Notes under the pieces: model-generated
Told to the model about the DNA's origin: nothing
The model's database searches: none
The model's input: only the letters and a program-made list of their open reading frames with translations
Assembly (NCBI GenBank): GCA_001600815.1
Contig: BCKZ01000008.1
Location: 310,001-374,000 of the forward strand
Direction: 5' to 3'
Source: Alloascoidea hylecoeti
Lineage: Eukaryota
DNA length: 64,000 nucleotides
Shown here: positions 1-11,908 of the stretch, piece by piece
How the letters are laid out: each line of letters opens with the position of its first letter
Position numbering within the stretch: the first letter of the stretch is position 1
Position numbers and translations under genes: made by a program

Positions 1-1938
1 CAAAATGAAAAAAAAAAATATGAAGAACGATTTTCAAAATTGTTAGAATCATGTTCACCAAAAGTTAAATCATCACTCACTAGAAATGTTCAAACGGGTC
101 ATAAGTTCCCTTTTACGGCTCTTGAACTATTCATGAAGGAAGAAAAAGAAAAATTAAATAAAAACTTTGTACTTAAAAATTGTTATTTAACATGGGAAAA
201 TCTGTCACAACAAGAAAAGGATAAATATAAAGAGAAATTTAAAACCTTATATGTAAAACCATCTTTGACGTCAGATTCATCTACAACTACAGAAGAAAAT
301 TGTACATATTATAAAATCCCAACACAATCTTTTCTTTTATTTTTGGTTGAGCAACAAGAAAAACTTGGTGAAGATTATAATTATAAAGATTGTTTTGAAG
401 TCTGGAAACAACTTCCGGAGCAGGAAAAGGATGAATACAGAGAGAGAGTTAATGCTATTCACAAAGATATAGATATTGATAAATATAATCCTTCAAGACC
501 AATTATTAGACAATATACTTCACGAAAAATTGAAACAACACCTATAAAGGACATTTCTGATGATGATATTCCAACCACAGAAAGTCACCCTAAAACCTTA
601 AGCTTGAAAAATTCATCACAAACGACAAGACAAATACAAAATAAACTTAATTCCATACTAACCGAACCCAATGAAAACAACACTATACCTAAGAATGGTT
701 ATCAGCTTTTCATAAAAGAAGACAAGCAAGATCTTGGCGATGAATATTTGTACAATAACGCGCTTGAAACATGGAAAAATATGTCACAAGTAGGAAAGAA
801 TATATATATAGAGACACTCAATGCCCTTAAAATTTTCATAGAAGAAAACAAAAAAACACTTGGAGAGAAATATATAGAAAAAGATTGTCTTAAAACTTGG
901 AGAAATATGTCACAAGAAGAAAAAGACATTTATCAAGAGAAACAAATTAATGATACATTAATTGAAAATAGTACTAATAGTATTCCTAAGAATGGTTATT
1001 GTCTATTTTTACAGGAAAAAAACGAAGAGCTTGGGAGAAATTATAGACTAAAAGATTGTATTAATACATGGAAAACAATGTCACAAGAAGAAAAGGATGT
1101 ATATAAAGAAAAACTTGATACCATGAAACTTTTCATAAAGGAAACTAAAGAAAAACTTGGAAAAAAATATATTGAAAAAGATTGTCTTAAAACTTGGAGA
1201 AATATGTCACAAGAAGAAAAAAATGTATATCAAGATAAACTTAATGGTGGTATATTGGTTACATCCAACAAAATTCCAAAGCTTGCTCGTCATGTTTTTA
1301 TACAGGAAACAAAAGAAAAACTTGGGGATAATTATGTGGAAGAAGACTGCGTTGCGACTTGGAAAAAGATGTCACAAAAAGAAAAAAATGCTTATAAAAA
1401 GAAATCAAAGATTGTATCAAATGAGGATAATAACATACTTAAGGATTCCTTTTTGCTTTTTCTACAGGAAATAAAACAAGAACTTAACGATGATTATGTC
1501 CACAATGAATGTGTAATAACCTGGAAAAACATGACACAAGAGGAAAAAAATGTATATAAAGAAAAACTTGATGCCATGAATTTTTTTATACAGGAAACGA
1601 AAAGAGAACTTGGAAACAAATATGTATCAAAAGATTGGATTATAGCTTGGAGAGATATGACACAAAAACAAAAGGATTCTTACAAAGAGAAACTTAATGC
1701 TACATTAGTTGAAATAAATGAACTGCCTGGGTTTGGTCGTCATATTTTTATACAAGAAAAAAAAGAAGAACTTGGGGAAAAGTTTAATCTCAAGAATTGT
1801 CTTGCTGCATGGGGAAAAATGTCAAGAAAAAACAAAAATGTATATAAAGAGAAACTTGATATTGCAAAACATTCTATGGAGAAAACAAAAAAAGAACTTG
1901 GGGAAAATTATGTTGAAAAAGACGATCTAAAAATATGA
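1..1938 (+). CDS. Poly-HMG-box-like repeat protein (5'-truncated by window edge)
   Basis: Frame is open from base 1 (QNEKKKYEE..., the tail of a further repeat). Ten complete ~40-aa units F(I/L)xExKxxLGxxYxxKDCxxxWxxMSxxEKxxYxEK match the HMG helix-1 aromatic/F core and the helix-3 W..LS..EK..Y motif. Confidence 0.75.
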   Translation, partial: QNEKKKYEERFSKLLESCSPKVKSSLTRNVQTGHKFPFTALELFMKEEKEKLNKNFVLKNCYLTWENLSQQEKDKYKEKFKTLYVKPSLTSDSSTTTEENCTYYKIPTQSFLLFLVEQQEKLGEDYNYKDCFEVWKQLPEQEKDEYRERVNAIHKDIDIDKYNPSRPIIRQYTSRKIETTPIKDISDDDIPTTESHPKTLSLKNSSQTTRQIQNKLNSILTEPNENNTIPKNGYQLFIKEDKQDLGDEYLYNNALETWKNMSQVGKNIYIETLNALKIFIEENKKTLGEKYIEKDCLKTWRNMSQEEKDIYQEKQINDTLIENSTNSIPKNGYCLFLQEKNEELGRNYRLKDCINTWKTMSQEEKDVYKEKLDTMKLFIKETKEKLGKKYIEKDCLKTWRNMSQEEKNVYQDKLNGGILVTSNKIPKLARHVFIQETKEKLGDNYVEEDCVATWKKMSQKEKNAYKKKSKIVSNEDNNILKDSFLLFLQEIKQELNDDYVHNECVITWKNMTQEEKNVYKEKLDAMNFFIQETKRELGNKYVSKDWIIAWRDMTQKQKDSYKEKLNATLVEINELPGFGRHIFIQEKKEELGEKFNLKNCLAAWGKMSRKNKNVYKEKLDIAKHSMEKTKKELGENYVEKDDLKI

Positions 1939-2158
1939 TATGTTTAAAAATGGAAACCCAATGAATAATATATAGCATTTTTAATTAATATCCACTTTAT
2001 ATTAATTTACCATCATGTACCTATTCATGAATTATAGGATAATTACCCACTAATTAGTTGTAGTTTTAAAATTTGGACACTAGAAGAATCTGTAATTACT
2101 ATAAGTTATAGGTTATACCTATTAAACCTTTCGATCATTTATCGCAAGTAGCGTAAAA

Positions 2159-2226
2159 TATTAACATGAAAAATGATGGCTGGAATATTAATTATTAACA
2201 TGAAAAATGATGGCTGGAATATTAAT
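2159..2226. repeat. Perfect 34-bp tandem duplication
   Basis: tattaacatgaaaaatgatggctggaatattaat x2. Confidence 0.9.
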
Positions 2227-2812
2227 TAGCATATGGTCAAACTAAACGGTAAAAATCATATTTTTTTAGACCAACGTTTTTGTAGTTCTATCATAAACCT
2301 TTTTAACATATGTGTACATGTACACATAGTTACTCTCAACTTGCAATATATTTAATTGCAATATTCATTAAATCAAAAATGAATAGTTTAAGGTTTAAAA
2401 CGTGAGCAAATACATGTATGTCTGATGGGCATCCCCAAATGGGGATAGTTCTTTGTTTGACTATTAGTGTCTCTATTGGGCAAGAGGTAAACACAAAATC
2501 TGACACTAGAAAATATTGAAGTTGGGTTATGCATCTGCATAATAACTTCTTACTGTTTTAGTTTAAATTTATCATGTGTGCCACGCGAATATCAGTGCGC
2601 TTATCGTTGTAAGTATATTGTAATTATAAAGTTCAGCTTACTTGTTTATTTTGTTGCTTGGTTTATTTGATTTTGAACTACAATTGCTTCTTTTTATATA
2701 GACCCATATATATAAATTTTTATATTCTACTTGAAACTATCTTTTTGTTTATTTTCCTTACAATTTCTCTTCATAATTAATGATATATCTTTAAATAAAC
2801 ATTCAATTTCAA

Positions 2813-4222
2813 ATGAATTGTGATTCAGAGTTATTTTTGTTTGAAAACACAACAGATTATATCTATCCTAATTACAAGAAGAAAAACATAATCGCTATAG
2901 GCCATGATAATTATCAATTCGACCAAAATGATCATGAATATATGACGGTGGATTATAAGGCCTTAAAGCATATTAATCGAGATCTTAAAAAGAATATTAA
3001 TGATTCAAATCTAGCACATGTGCGGAACTCTCTGATCACTAAAGAACTGGATTTAATTAAAAGCAATCGACTACAATCGAGGGAAATACAAGAACCGGCG
3101 CTTGATGTAACTTTTAAATCAGAAAGAATAAAGATACCTTGTGATAATTATAATACTCCTTATAATCATGCACATGATGATGGAACAGCTAATGCAACGA
3201 AAGATTTGATAAAACTACGACTTGTTGAAGGAATAACGAAAGAAAAATTAAATGCGGTTGAAGAAGACCGATTAATATGGGAAAAGGAAAATGGGGAAAA
3301 AGTTAAACGGAGAACTGGTTTAGGCATACACTTTGACTTAATAAATAATAATTCTATTAATCTACAGAATCCAAAAACTTTTATGATGATGAAAGCTCCA
3401 GCAAATGAATCAATATATTCAAATTCACTTAATACTAAAGGTTCTGATTATCTATCAATATCCTCTAATTATAACCGAATTTTAAATAGTAGTTTAAACG
3501 CTTCAAAGACTACACATTCTATGAATAATACTACTATGGAATACCCAGATGTGCTAAATCATTATTTCTATAGGCTGGCAGAGAAAAAAAGACAGATAGT
3601 GGAGCTTTCAGAAAAGCTACAAGAAGCACAACAGAATTATCAAATCATGGAAAGGAATAGCCCTATATTAGGTTTTTCACCTCAATTGTCAAATTTTCCT
3701 AATTCATCAACTTCTAATTCACCTCTAGTGCATTTAGAGAATTTGGAGGATATGTTTACTTTCGAATCACCAAAACTAAATCTGAATCTTTTTGGGGAAC
3801 ATTTTGGTAATGATTCAAACGATCATTTTAAAAGTGGTAAAGTTAACATATACTTGTCTAACACTCCACCTCAAACTTCCCATTCTCCTATGGCAGATCC
3901 TACTCTTGCTCCTAATTGTCTTTCCAGTATTCCTCATCCTATTTACACTGCTTTAAATCCTCCTCCTTCTGTTCCTTCCAAAAGTAATGCATCTGCTTAT
4001 CCTAAAACAAATTCAAAGAATTCAAGAGACCTCAGTAATGCTGAAGCAAAACCAAAGGAAAATGAATTAATAAGATCAATATCAATATTAATTAAAACAT
4101 TTTTAAGATCATTATTATCAAGATTTAGATCATTATCATTAAGTTGTAAATCGATACTAAGAACAAAAAATAATAGCAGTGACAAATATAATAGTCATAA
4201 TATCGATATCAATAACAACTAA
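2813..4222 (+). CDS. Hypothetical protein with a central coiled coil and an S/P/N-rich region
   Basis: 469-aa ORF with ATG after a TATA-rich promoter. RLAEKKRQIVELSEKLQEAQQ looks like a coiled coil. No family recognised. Confidence 0.6.
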   Translation: MNCDSELFLFENTTDYIYPNYKKKNIIAIGHDNYQFDQNDHEYMTVDYKALKHINRDLKKNINDSNLAHVRNSLITKELDLIKSNRLQSREIQEPALDVTFKSERIKIPCDNYNTPYNHAHDDGTANATKDLIKLRLVEGITKEKLNAVEEDRLIWEKENGEKVKRRTGLGIHFDLINNNSINLQNPKTFMMMKAPANESIYSNSLNTKGSDYLSISSNYNRILNSSLNASKTTHSMNNTTMEYPDVLNHYFYRLAEKKRQIVELSEKLQEAQQNYQIMERNSPILGFSPQLSNFPNSSTSNSPLVHLENLEDMFTFESPKLNLNLFGEHFGNDSNDHFKSGKVNIYLSNTPPQTSHSPMADPTLAPNCLSSIPHPIYTALNPPPSVPSKSNASAYPKTNSKNSRDLSNAEAKPKENELIRSISILIKTFLRSLLSRFRSLSLSCKSILRTKNNSSDKYNSHNIDINNN

Positions 4223-4619
4223 CCATAGTCAAAATTTTAGTCCCATTTTTCATAAATTATGTGAACGAAAACGAAATGTAGCCATAGCACTGTACATAAT
4301 TATATAATTATCCGATTTTGAACCGGACAGGTATTAATATAATTGACTGAGTGAACGCTGAACACTGCGCTTAACGAATTCGAAGTAAAAAAATACATTA
4401 ATAACTTATGAATTCCATAAGTTATATGTAACTTAATTTAGTTTTGTGATTGAGAATGTTGGCCTTCAGCGTTCAATTCGGAAATCTTCGATCCCCGTAT
4501 ACTATCATGAATTTCCCTTTCTCTCATTCTTTTACTTTTATTCCTTCGAATACAAAGCACTTTAAACCCCGTTGTCTTGATGAATAGGATATCATCAACA
4601 TAAGTCAGGTAATTAGAAA

Positions 4620-5367
4620 AAAGCATGATTAGTGGGGGGGATACCGAAATCCAGAAATTAAATGGAAATAGGAGCTAGCGCTACAAGAACTATCTTTTAA
4701 AGATGGAGTTACAGATTATGCTATTTCAGAATTGAAAATTTACCATATTTTTAAACATAATTTGTTAAATATATACCTCAACTCATTTCCTAATAAGGTT
4801 TTGGATATCGTCCACCCCTTCGAATTCATAATAACTTACAATATACAATGCATTATCTGGAGGAATCTCTAAACCTTATATTAAAATCTAGGTACGTCCA
4901 TACATGGATGATAAGATTGAAGATGATTTTCTAAACGAATATGGAATGTTCGATCAAGAGGGATTTACGTAGTGGTGGAATAATCTACCTTTACCTAACT
5001 GAAAATAAAATTTGACCATATTCCTTCAATGAAAGAGTTTGATGTAAAAGGTCTACAATTAAAAGTTATTACTAAATTAGCTAACATTAACATTCAATTA
5101 ATCCTTATTATGAAGGTGTCACTTGACATATTGAAGATCAAATTAATGACGATATCATTGCTACTATCATATCCATCATATACCTATTATGATTCTGTAA
5201 ATATAACAGACTCTCGGCTTTCATTTAAAAAACCATTCAATGAGCCCAAATATGCACTAAATGATGATGTTGGAATGGGGATCATGTATGGATTAAAAAA
5301 TAAAGATCGAGCTGTTAAACAAATTGGTGATATTGAATGTGTGGAGGACGTGTGCCTAATATATTAA
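4620..5367 (+). pseudogene. DUF4246-family pseudogene (frameshifts and stops)
   Basis: Motifs spread over different frames: DYAISEL, NKVLDIVHP, GLQLKVITKLANI, YEGVT*HIEDQINDDIIAT, YYDSVNITDSRLSF, YGL...QIGDIEC. These match DUF4246 VLDLVHPS / LQVIVKLANI / YEGGSWHVEG / YYYDSENITESRLSF. Confidence 0.7.
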
Positions 5368-5369
5368 TA

Positions 5370-6382
5370 TCATCTGAGTATTGCCTAACTTTATTTTTCT
5401 CCAACCGCGTAAAACTATTTATAAACTTTATTTTAGAATATCTAAGCCAAACTTAATAATTTTTGACCAATCAAAATATATATGAGGAGGCTAACTGATG
5501 AAGAAAAGTATCATATCGTTCATTTGGCTGTTGAAGGTAAAACTTATAGTCAAACTGTAAGAATTATAGGTTGATCCAAGTACAGCAAGACGCGTCTGGA
5601 AACGTTACAAAACACCGGCACTGTAGATAATTACAGCACAGATTCCAAGAAACCGAAGTTATCTTCCTGAGGTTGTAGATCCTTAGTAAGGGAATTGTAA
5701 AGAAGTCCAACAAAAAATGTCAAAGAATTGGCTGTTTCGGGGAGATATGAAGTAGCGCCTATCATTCGGAGAACAGCCGTAAAGAAACACAATCATATAT
5801 GAATGGAAAAAAATGCAAGCGAAACCTATGTTAACGGATAAACATGAAGCTAACCGACTCTTAATAATTGCATTTTACCATTGATGATTGGAAGAAAGTA
5901 ATATTTTCTGGTGAAACATCCATCTCAAAAGTTGGCTCAACAGCCCACAAGTATTGCTTCCAGACTATGGGTGATAGATACAATACAAAGTATATAGTAC
6001 CAAGATTTAAAACCAAAGATGTCTCCGTGATGCTGGTGCGATTAATTCTGGGAGATACATAGAAGAAGTGTTAAACCCAGTAGCTCAAAATTGAGCTGAG
6101 AAAACAACATAAAGAAATCGCCATCATGAAAGAAGGTGTAGATACGGTTTGAAGACGCCTTTCAGAAGTACTCCCAGAGCTATGGGATAGTATAAATCAT
6201 TCATATTTTGATAAACTACTGAATTTGTGTCTAGCGATACTCACAGAGATAGAGAAGCTGAATTTTATTTTATTTCATTATATTTACTTTAGAATTGATG
6301 TTTTAATCAAGATTTTATGTTTATAAATTATGCATATTTTAGGTTGCAACATGTATTAGGCATATCTAGAGATGACTCACTG
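5370..6382 (+). mobile_element. Degenerate Tc1/mariner transposon
   Basis: HTH-like start MRRLTDEEKYHIVHLAVEGKTYSQ (5482), DDWKKVIFSGE (first-D motif, D>G), LNPVAQN*AE (LNPIENLW relic), many stops. Right end ...gactcactg|TA at 6382, with a degenerate inverted counterpart near 5370-5440. Confidence 0.75.
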
Positions 6383-9025
6383 TATGTTGTTGACCGTGAT
6401 CCGTGGTACAACCCTTATATGTATATATTGAATTTGACGATGATCATAAACTGTTTGGTGGGACTTTTTTTTTGTGAGAATTAACCTATAAGACCTTAAA
6501 GATGAATCGAAAATCTCGCCAATAACACTTACTATATATATATATGCACATATGATGGCTTACTGTATATGGTAATGTATTGAGTAGAATGGGAAAAAAG
6601 AACGTTATCACCAAATTGATTCTATTTGCATACAACTTCAGAATTGTTATTTGTTGGAAGTGACAGTTGGTAGAGTTAGTTTCCACTGAATCATCCACAA
6701 GACCTTAAAAGGTTCGGTTCTCAAAATAATGCATTATAATATATATTAATGTTTCGTAGATACTTGAGATTATATTAGTCTACAAAATGAAATCTTAAGT
6801 TTACTGTTAGACAGTGTTAGTGTTCTAAGAGGCATGGATTATTAGAATCTCAGATTCCCAACCAGCTTATACACAATGAAGTACGACTTCCTTTCCAAAA
6901 TCCAGTTCATGCCGGTATGTAGTATGCACCATGTTTATCATATACGTATAATTATAGACTTACAGAGCCATGCTTCCCTGTAATAAATACTTTTTGGTTC
7001 AAAGAACTGCATAAGAGGTTTATACTTTTTCGAATGCAGATCTTGTAGCACCCGGCCATTTAAATACAATGGCCATGCAAATGCATTCATTGCATTACCT
7101 CTTCAAAGTTGCGTTCTTGTAAAAGTTGACCTGCATATTTTCCAAATCTTTATTATTTGCAACAAGGTTTTTAAAAAACATATAAGTAGCAAAGAAATCC
7201 TACGATACCAAACTAGAAACTTATTTCAAGATATTGTCTTCTAAATTCAATAAAATGGGTAGCTGTTTTTCATCTACAAAGGGCACAACAAGTGTTAATG
7301 GTGTCCCTATCTGGTACAAAACCTAGAAAACAAAGTACAATCACTAAACCAGAGGTTCCTAAACCATACCGAACTTTACCAAATGATAAACATTATCATC
7401 CTACATCTTCGAATACTGCTCATGGTGATGCGTTAGACAATTCAATTGCATTTGCTACTCCAATGTACTCCGTTCATTCTAGTGGAAGAAAAGGAAGTAT
7501 GAATTTACGAGCCTGAATTTAACCACGTCTAAGACTCATTAACACTAAACGGAACAATGATTTTGCACTTTATTTTTGTTTCTGTTATAGTGATTGTTTC
7601 AATTGTTGAAATTTTTCGAGATGCAACATTTGTTCCCATTAATATCTATGCATTCATTGATGATAAATTAGTTTTATAGTTAGCGGTATATGTATGTCAT
7701 TTCAGGTTGCTTAACTTTTCTGAATCATCAGTATTAATTATTGTATAAACTTTATAAGGCTATATACGGTTATAATTATATTATAAAATAAAAGTAAAAA
7801 AATTAAAGAAAAAGTAGCAGTAAAGAGATAAGATAAAACTTTTTAAATACATGAATTTATATTTCAAAATCATTGTTTTAAGAAAAAGGTAAAAGAAAGG
7901 AGTTTTATAATTGAAATCTAGAAATTTCATATCATTTGTATCAATCACCCAATATTGTAAAGTGTAATTGTTATATTAAATTAGCAGGAATAACTTTGTA
8001 AGAAGTTTTAGTAATTGTAACTGGAAGTGTAGAGTAATAATATATGATTAAGCATAAAATATAAAGCAATAAGATATAAAGTAATAATGACAATAATAGT
8101 AATATTTTAATTAAAATAAAGAGAATCAAAAATCCTAGTCTTTTTCATATAATAATAAGATAATATGAGCACATTTTCAACGTAGATTTTGATTTTCATA
8201 GGCAATTGTTTTCCAGATTTATCAAATGAGCACCACACTATTCCTTCTGGCCAAACACCACCTAGTAATTAATAGCCGAAACCCAATGATCATGGGGGTG
8301 AGCAGATGTGGCGAAACTTGAAAAGTGACCTGCCGTAAGGTTGGGGTGCTGGATATTATACCGCCCTTAGAACAGTTCACAATAGGTCAATTGGATTTTT
8401 GGCATAACTGGGAGAAACAGGCACTTAGAACTTTACCATTGGGATCACACACTGGGCTAAACATTTCAACCCCATAATAAGCAGAATTAAAGGTTCTTTT
8501 CCAGTACAAACACCATCACTAGCAAATTTACAAGAAGTTTTCTATCCATCCGCTACAAACAGTAACACGCGTATTCCTCTAGAATAAACAGTATTAGATA
8601 TACAGCCGTATTGTAGGTTCCGCCTTCTTTGCTATTCAAAACTCACAATCTTTGTTCCAAAAGGTTCCTCATTATTTCAGGCTACCGCTACGGAAGCAAC
8701 AGCTCAGATTTCAGTTTTCTTCATACATTCATCACCTCACTATTCTCTGGTTCACTATGATCAGACTTGAATGGATACCCATTGGATAGAATTCAAAGAT
8801 TGTGGGTTAAACACTCCATAATCAACAGTAGCAGGGAAGCAGCCTCATTTACAGTGTTTACACCACAACCTTCCAATCGACTAGAAGTACCTTATCAACA
8901 CATCGCACGTATCCCACACTCCTGGTAACCACATAAGCTATACCTTCTCCATCACATTTATTGTGCACAAATTTCTCTCAGTTTATCAATAATTTTTTAA
9001 GCTCACCACCATACAACAGCGTGAC

Positions 9026-9122
9026 TCAATCCAAAACACGTTTAAAAACTTGTTCCCTACAAGTGATAGTTACAAATTTATTTTGGTTATGGGAACAAGT
9101 TTAGAAACGTGTTTTGGATTGA
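9026..9122. repeat. 32-bp inverted repeat with 33-nt loop
   Basis: tcaatccaaaacacgtttaaaaacttgttccc (9026-9057) pairs with gggaacaagtttagaaacgtgttttggattga (9091-9122); 2 mismatches. Confidence 0.85.
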
Positions 9123-9777
9123 AGAAATCGACGAAACTCTATTTATTAGATAATAATTGGAATAATGTGGAATATAATCAATACGTGAACTTTTAAAAGC
9201 AAAGGAAGCAGAATGATACAATGAAAATGAGAATACAATAAATATCAGTAAATCCTGAGGGATCATCATTAACTTATAACCAAATAACGAAAACTCCCGC
9301 GATCGAATGTCTACAATCACGACTCCTTTTTTGTTTTTAGCTGTAACGGTAACTTGTTGTAAATTAAAGATATCTCTTATATAGAATGTACTTGTTAGTT
9401 AAAAACAAAATCTCTGATTAAACCTGATAAATATAATGCTACGATGATTTCACTTACTTTCGCCCATTCTGATTATAAATTATCAGCCGTGGCCATTTCT
9501 GAGTTTTGACTCCGTTATCACCGGTATAACCCGTTAATGCTCAGGAATATGGAACAACTTTGGGGACTAAATCCGGCTGAATTTTAGTGATGATGGTGGC
9601 CGATAATCATTAGTCATTATGGCCGAAAATAAGTATAATCACCATATATATCCCGTAAGTTTTGTATCAGTTCACCCGGGTTTGTGTCAGCTGCAGGAAT
9701 CTCAATGCTTCTGAATTTCTTATAAAGTCGTATCGTCAAAAGTACCGCGCTTTACATATAAATTTAAGTAATATATC

Positions 9778-11908
9778 ATGATAGGAATCACTAACACTCT
9801 CCAGAAACGTGTAAGTAACAATTGGTAATATCTTATAATTAATTATGATGAAGAAACTAATACAAATTCTACAATATAATATAAAGTTACTAATAAATTC
9901 ATCATCAATTACAACTACGAAATTATGCTTAAAAAACTATAATCAATCGTATTTAAGAAACATATTCACAACTAAGACCAAAACTTCTCTTATTTCCTTA
10001 AGACTTAATTCAACATCTGCATCAACGTCGAACACAAATCAAACTATTATAGGTATTGATCTCGGAACAACAAATTCAGCAGTTGCCCATCTAGAAGGAA
10101 CCGAACCCAAAATCATTGAAAATTCAGAAGGTGAAAGAACAACCCCTTCAATCGTAGCATTTACAATAGATGGCGGTAGGATAGTTGGAACAAGTGCCAA
10201 AAGACAAGCAATTGTAAATCCCGAAAATACATTATTTGCAACAAAAAGATTAATTGGTAGAAGATTCGGTGATCCTGAAGTTCAAAGAGATGTTAAAGAA
10301 TTACCATATAAAATTGTTGAACATGATAATGGAGATGTTTGGATTGAAGCAAGAAATAATAAATATTCTCCTGCTCAAATTGGTGGATTTATATTAGAAA
10401 AATTAAAAGATGATGCAGAAAATTATCTTAATAATAAAAAAATTACAAATGCTGTTGTTACTGTACCTGCTTATTTTAATGATGCTCAAAGACATGCTAC
10501 AAAAAATGCTGGGAAAGTAGTTGGTTTAAATATTTTAAGAGTTATTAATGAACCAACTGCTGCTGCATTAGCATATGGTTTAAATCAAAAGGAAAATAGT
10601 TTAATTGCTGTTTTTGATCTTGGTGGTGGTACTTTTGATATATCAATTTTAGATATTGAAAATGGTGTATTTGAAGTAAGGTCAACAAATGGTGATACTC
10701 ATTTAGGTGGTGAAGACTTTGATAATAAATTATTAAAATTAATGATTTCAAATTTTGAAAAAGATTATAAAATTAATTTATCAATTGATAGAACTGCAAT
10801 TCAAAGATTAAGAGAAGCTTCAGAAAGGGCAAAAATTGATTTATCAAGTAATGAATTTACAAAAATTGATTTGCCTTTTATTACAAAGGATAAGCATTTT
10901 AATATGAAGATTACTAGAAAAGAATATGAAGAACTTACAAAGGATTTAATTGAAAGAACTATTAGTCCTGTTAAAAGAGCATTACGTGATGCAGATATAG
11001 AGGCAAATGATATTGAAGAAGTTATATTAGTTGGTGGAATGAGTAGAATGCCAAAAGTTCAACAAACTGTTGAAGAATTGTTCTTTAAAGAGAGACCAAA
11101 TTATAATCCAAATAAAGTCACTTTTTTGAAACCTACAGTAAATCCTGATGAAGCAGTTGCATTAGGTGCTGCTATTCAAGGTGCTGTTTTAGCTGGTGAA
11201 GTTAAAGATTTATTATTACTAGATGTTATGCCATTATCTCTTGGTATTGAAACATTGGGAGGTATATTCTCTCCATTAATTCCTAGAAATACTACAGTAC
11301 CAACGAAAACATCACAATCTTTCTCAACAGGTGTTGATGGACAAACAAAAATTTTAATCAATGTTTATCAAGGAGAAAGACAATTAGTAGATGATAATAA
11401 ATTCATTGGACATTTTATTCTATCAGGTATTGACCCATTACCAAAAGGTGTACCACAAATAACTGTTACATTTGATATTGATGCAGATGGTATTATAACA
11501 GTTTCTGCAAGGGATAAAATATCAAATAAAGATGCTTCAATTACAGTTGCTGGATCATCAGGATTATCGAAAGGAGAAATTGAAAAGATGGTTAAGGATG
11601 CAATTAAATTTAAAGATGCTGATAAATTAAAGAAGGACACAATTGAACAAGCAGCAAGAGCGGATTCTGTTTGTAATGATACAGAAGCATCATTAAAACA
11701 ATTTAGTAAACAAATTGATGAAAATAAAGCAAATGAATTATTAGCAAGGATTGAAGAAGTCAGACCAATTCTAAAAGAAGGATTAAAAGGTAAACAATTC
11801 AATTATACTGAAACTAAAGCAAAATGTGAAGAAATACAGAAAGAAGCAGCCTTATTATTTGAAACAGTTTTTAAAACTGCTTCTGAAAAAAATAAGAGTC
11901 AAGAATAG
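9778..11908 (+). CDS. SSQ1: Mitochondrial Hsp70, Ssq1 type (Fe-S cluster biogenesis chaperone)
   Basis: Presequence-like N-terminus and [10 protein letters not shown]. Ssq1-type [12 protein letters not shown] and FSTGVDGQ, plus a shortened PFITKDKH loop. Likely first exon 9778-9810 and phase-0 intron 9811-9886 (gtaagt...actaat...aag). Confidence 0.8.

Noticed and set aside
1..1938. Poly-HMG ORF as MATa2 of a homothallic or invertible MAT system
   Set aside because: It lacks a MATA_HMG-type single box (no RPxNxFxLYR motif), and I found no inverted repeat linking this end of the window to the MAT/SLA2 end.
11176..11802. Antisense ORFs over Hsp70 (similar ones over SLA2, MEP, JID1 and PXL1)
   Set aside because: Shadow ORFs produced by codon bias of the real genes.
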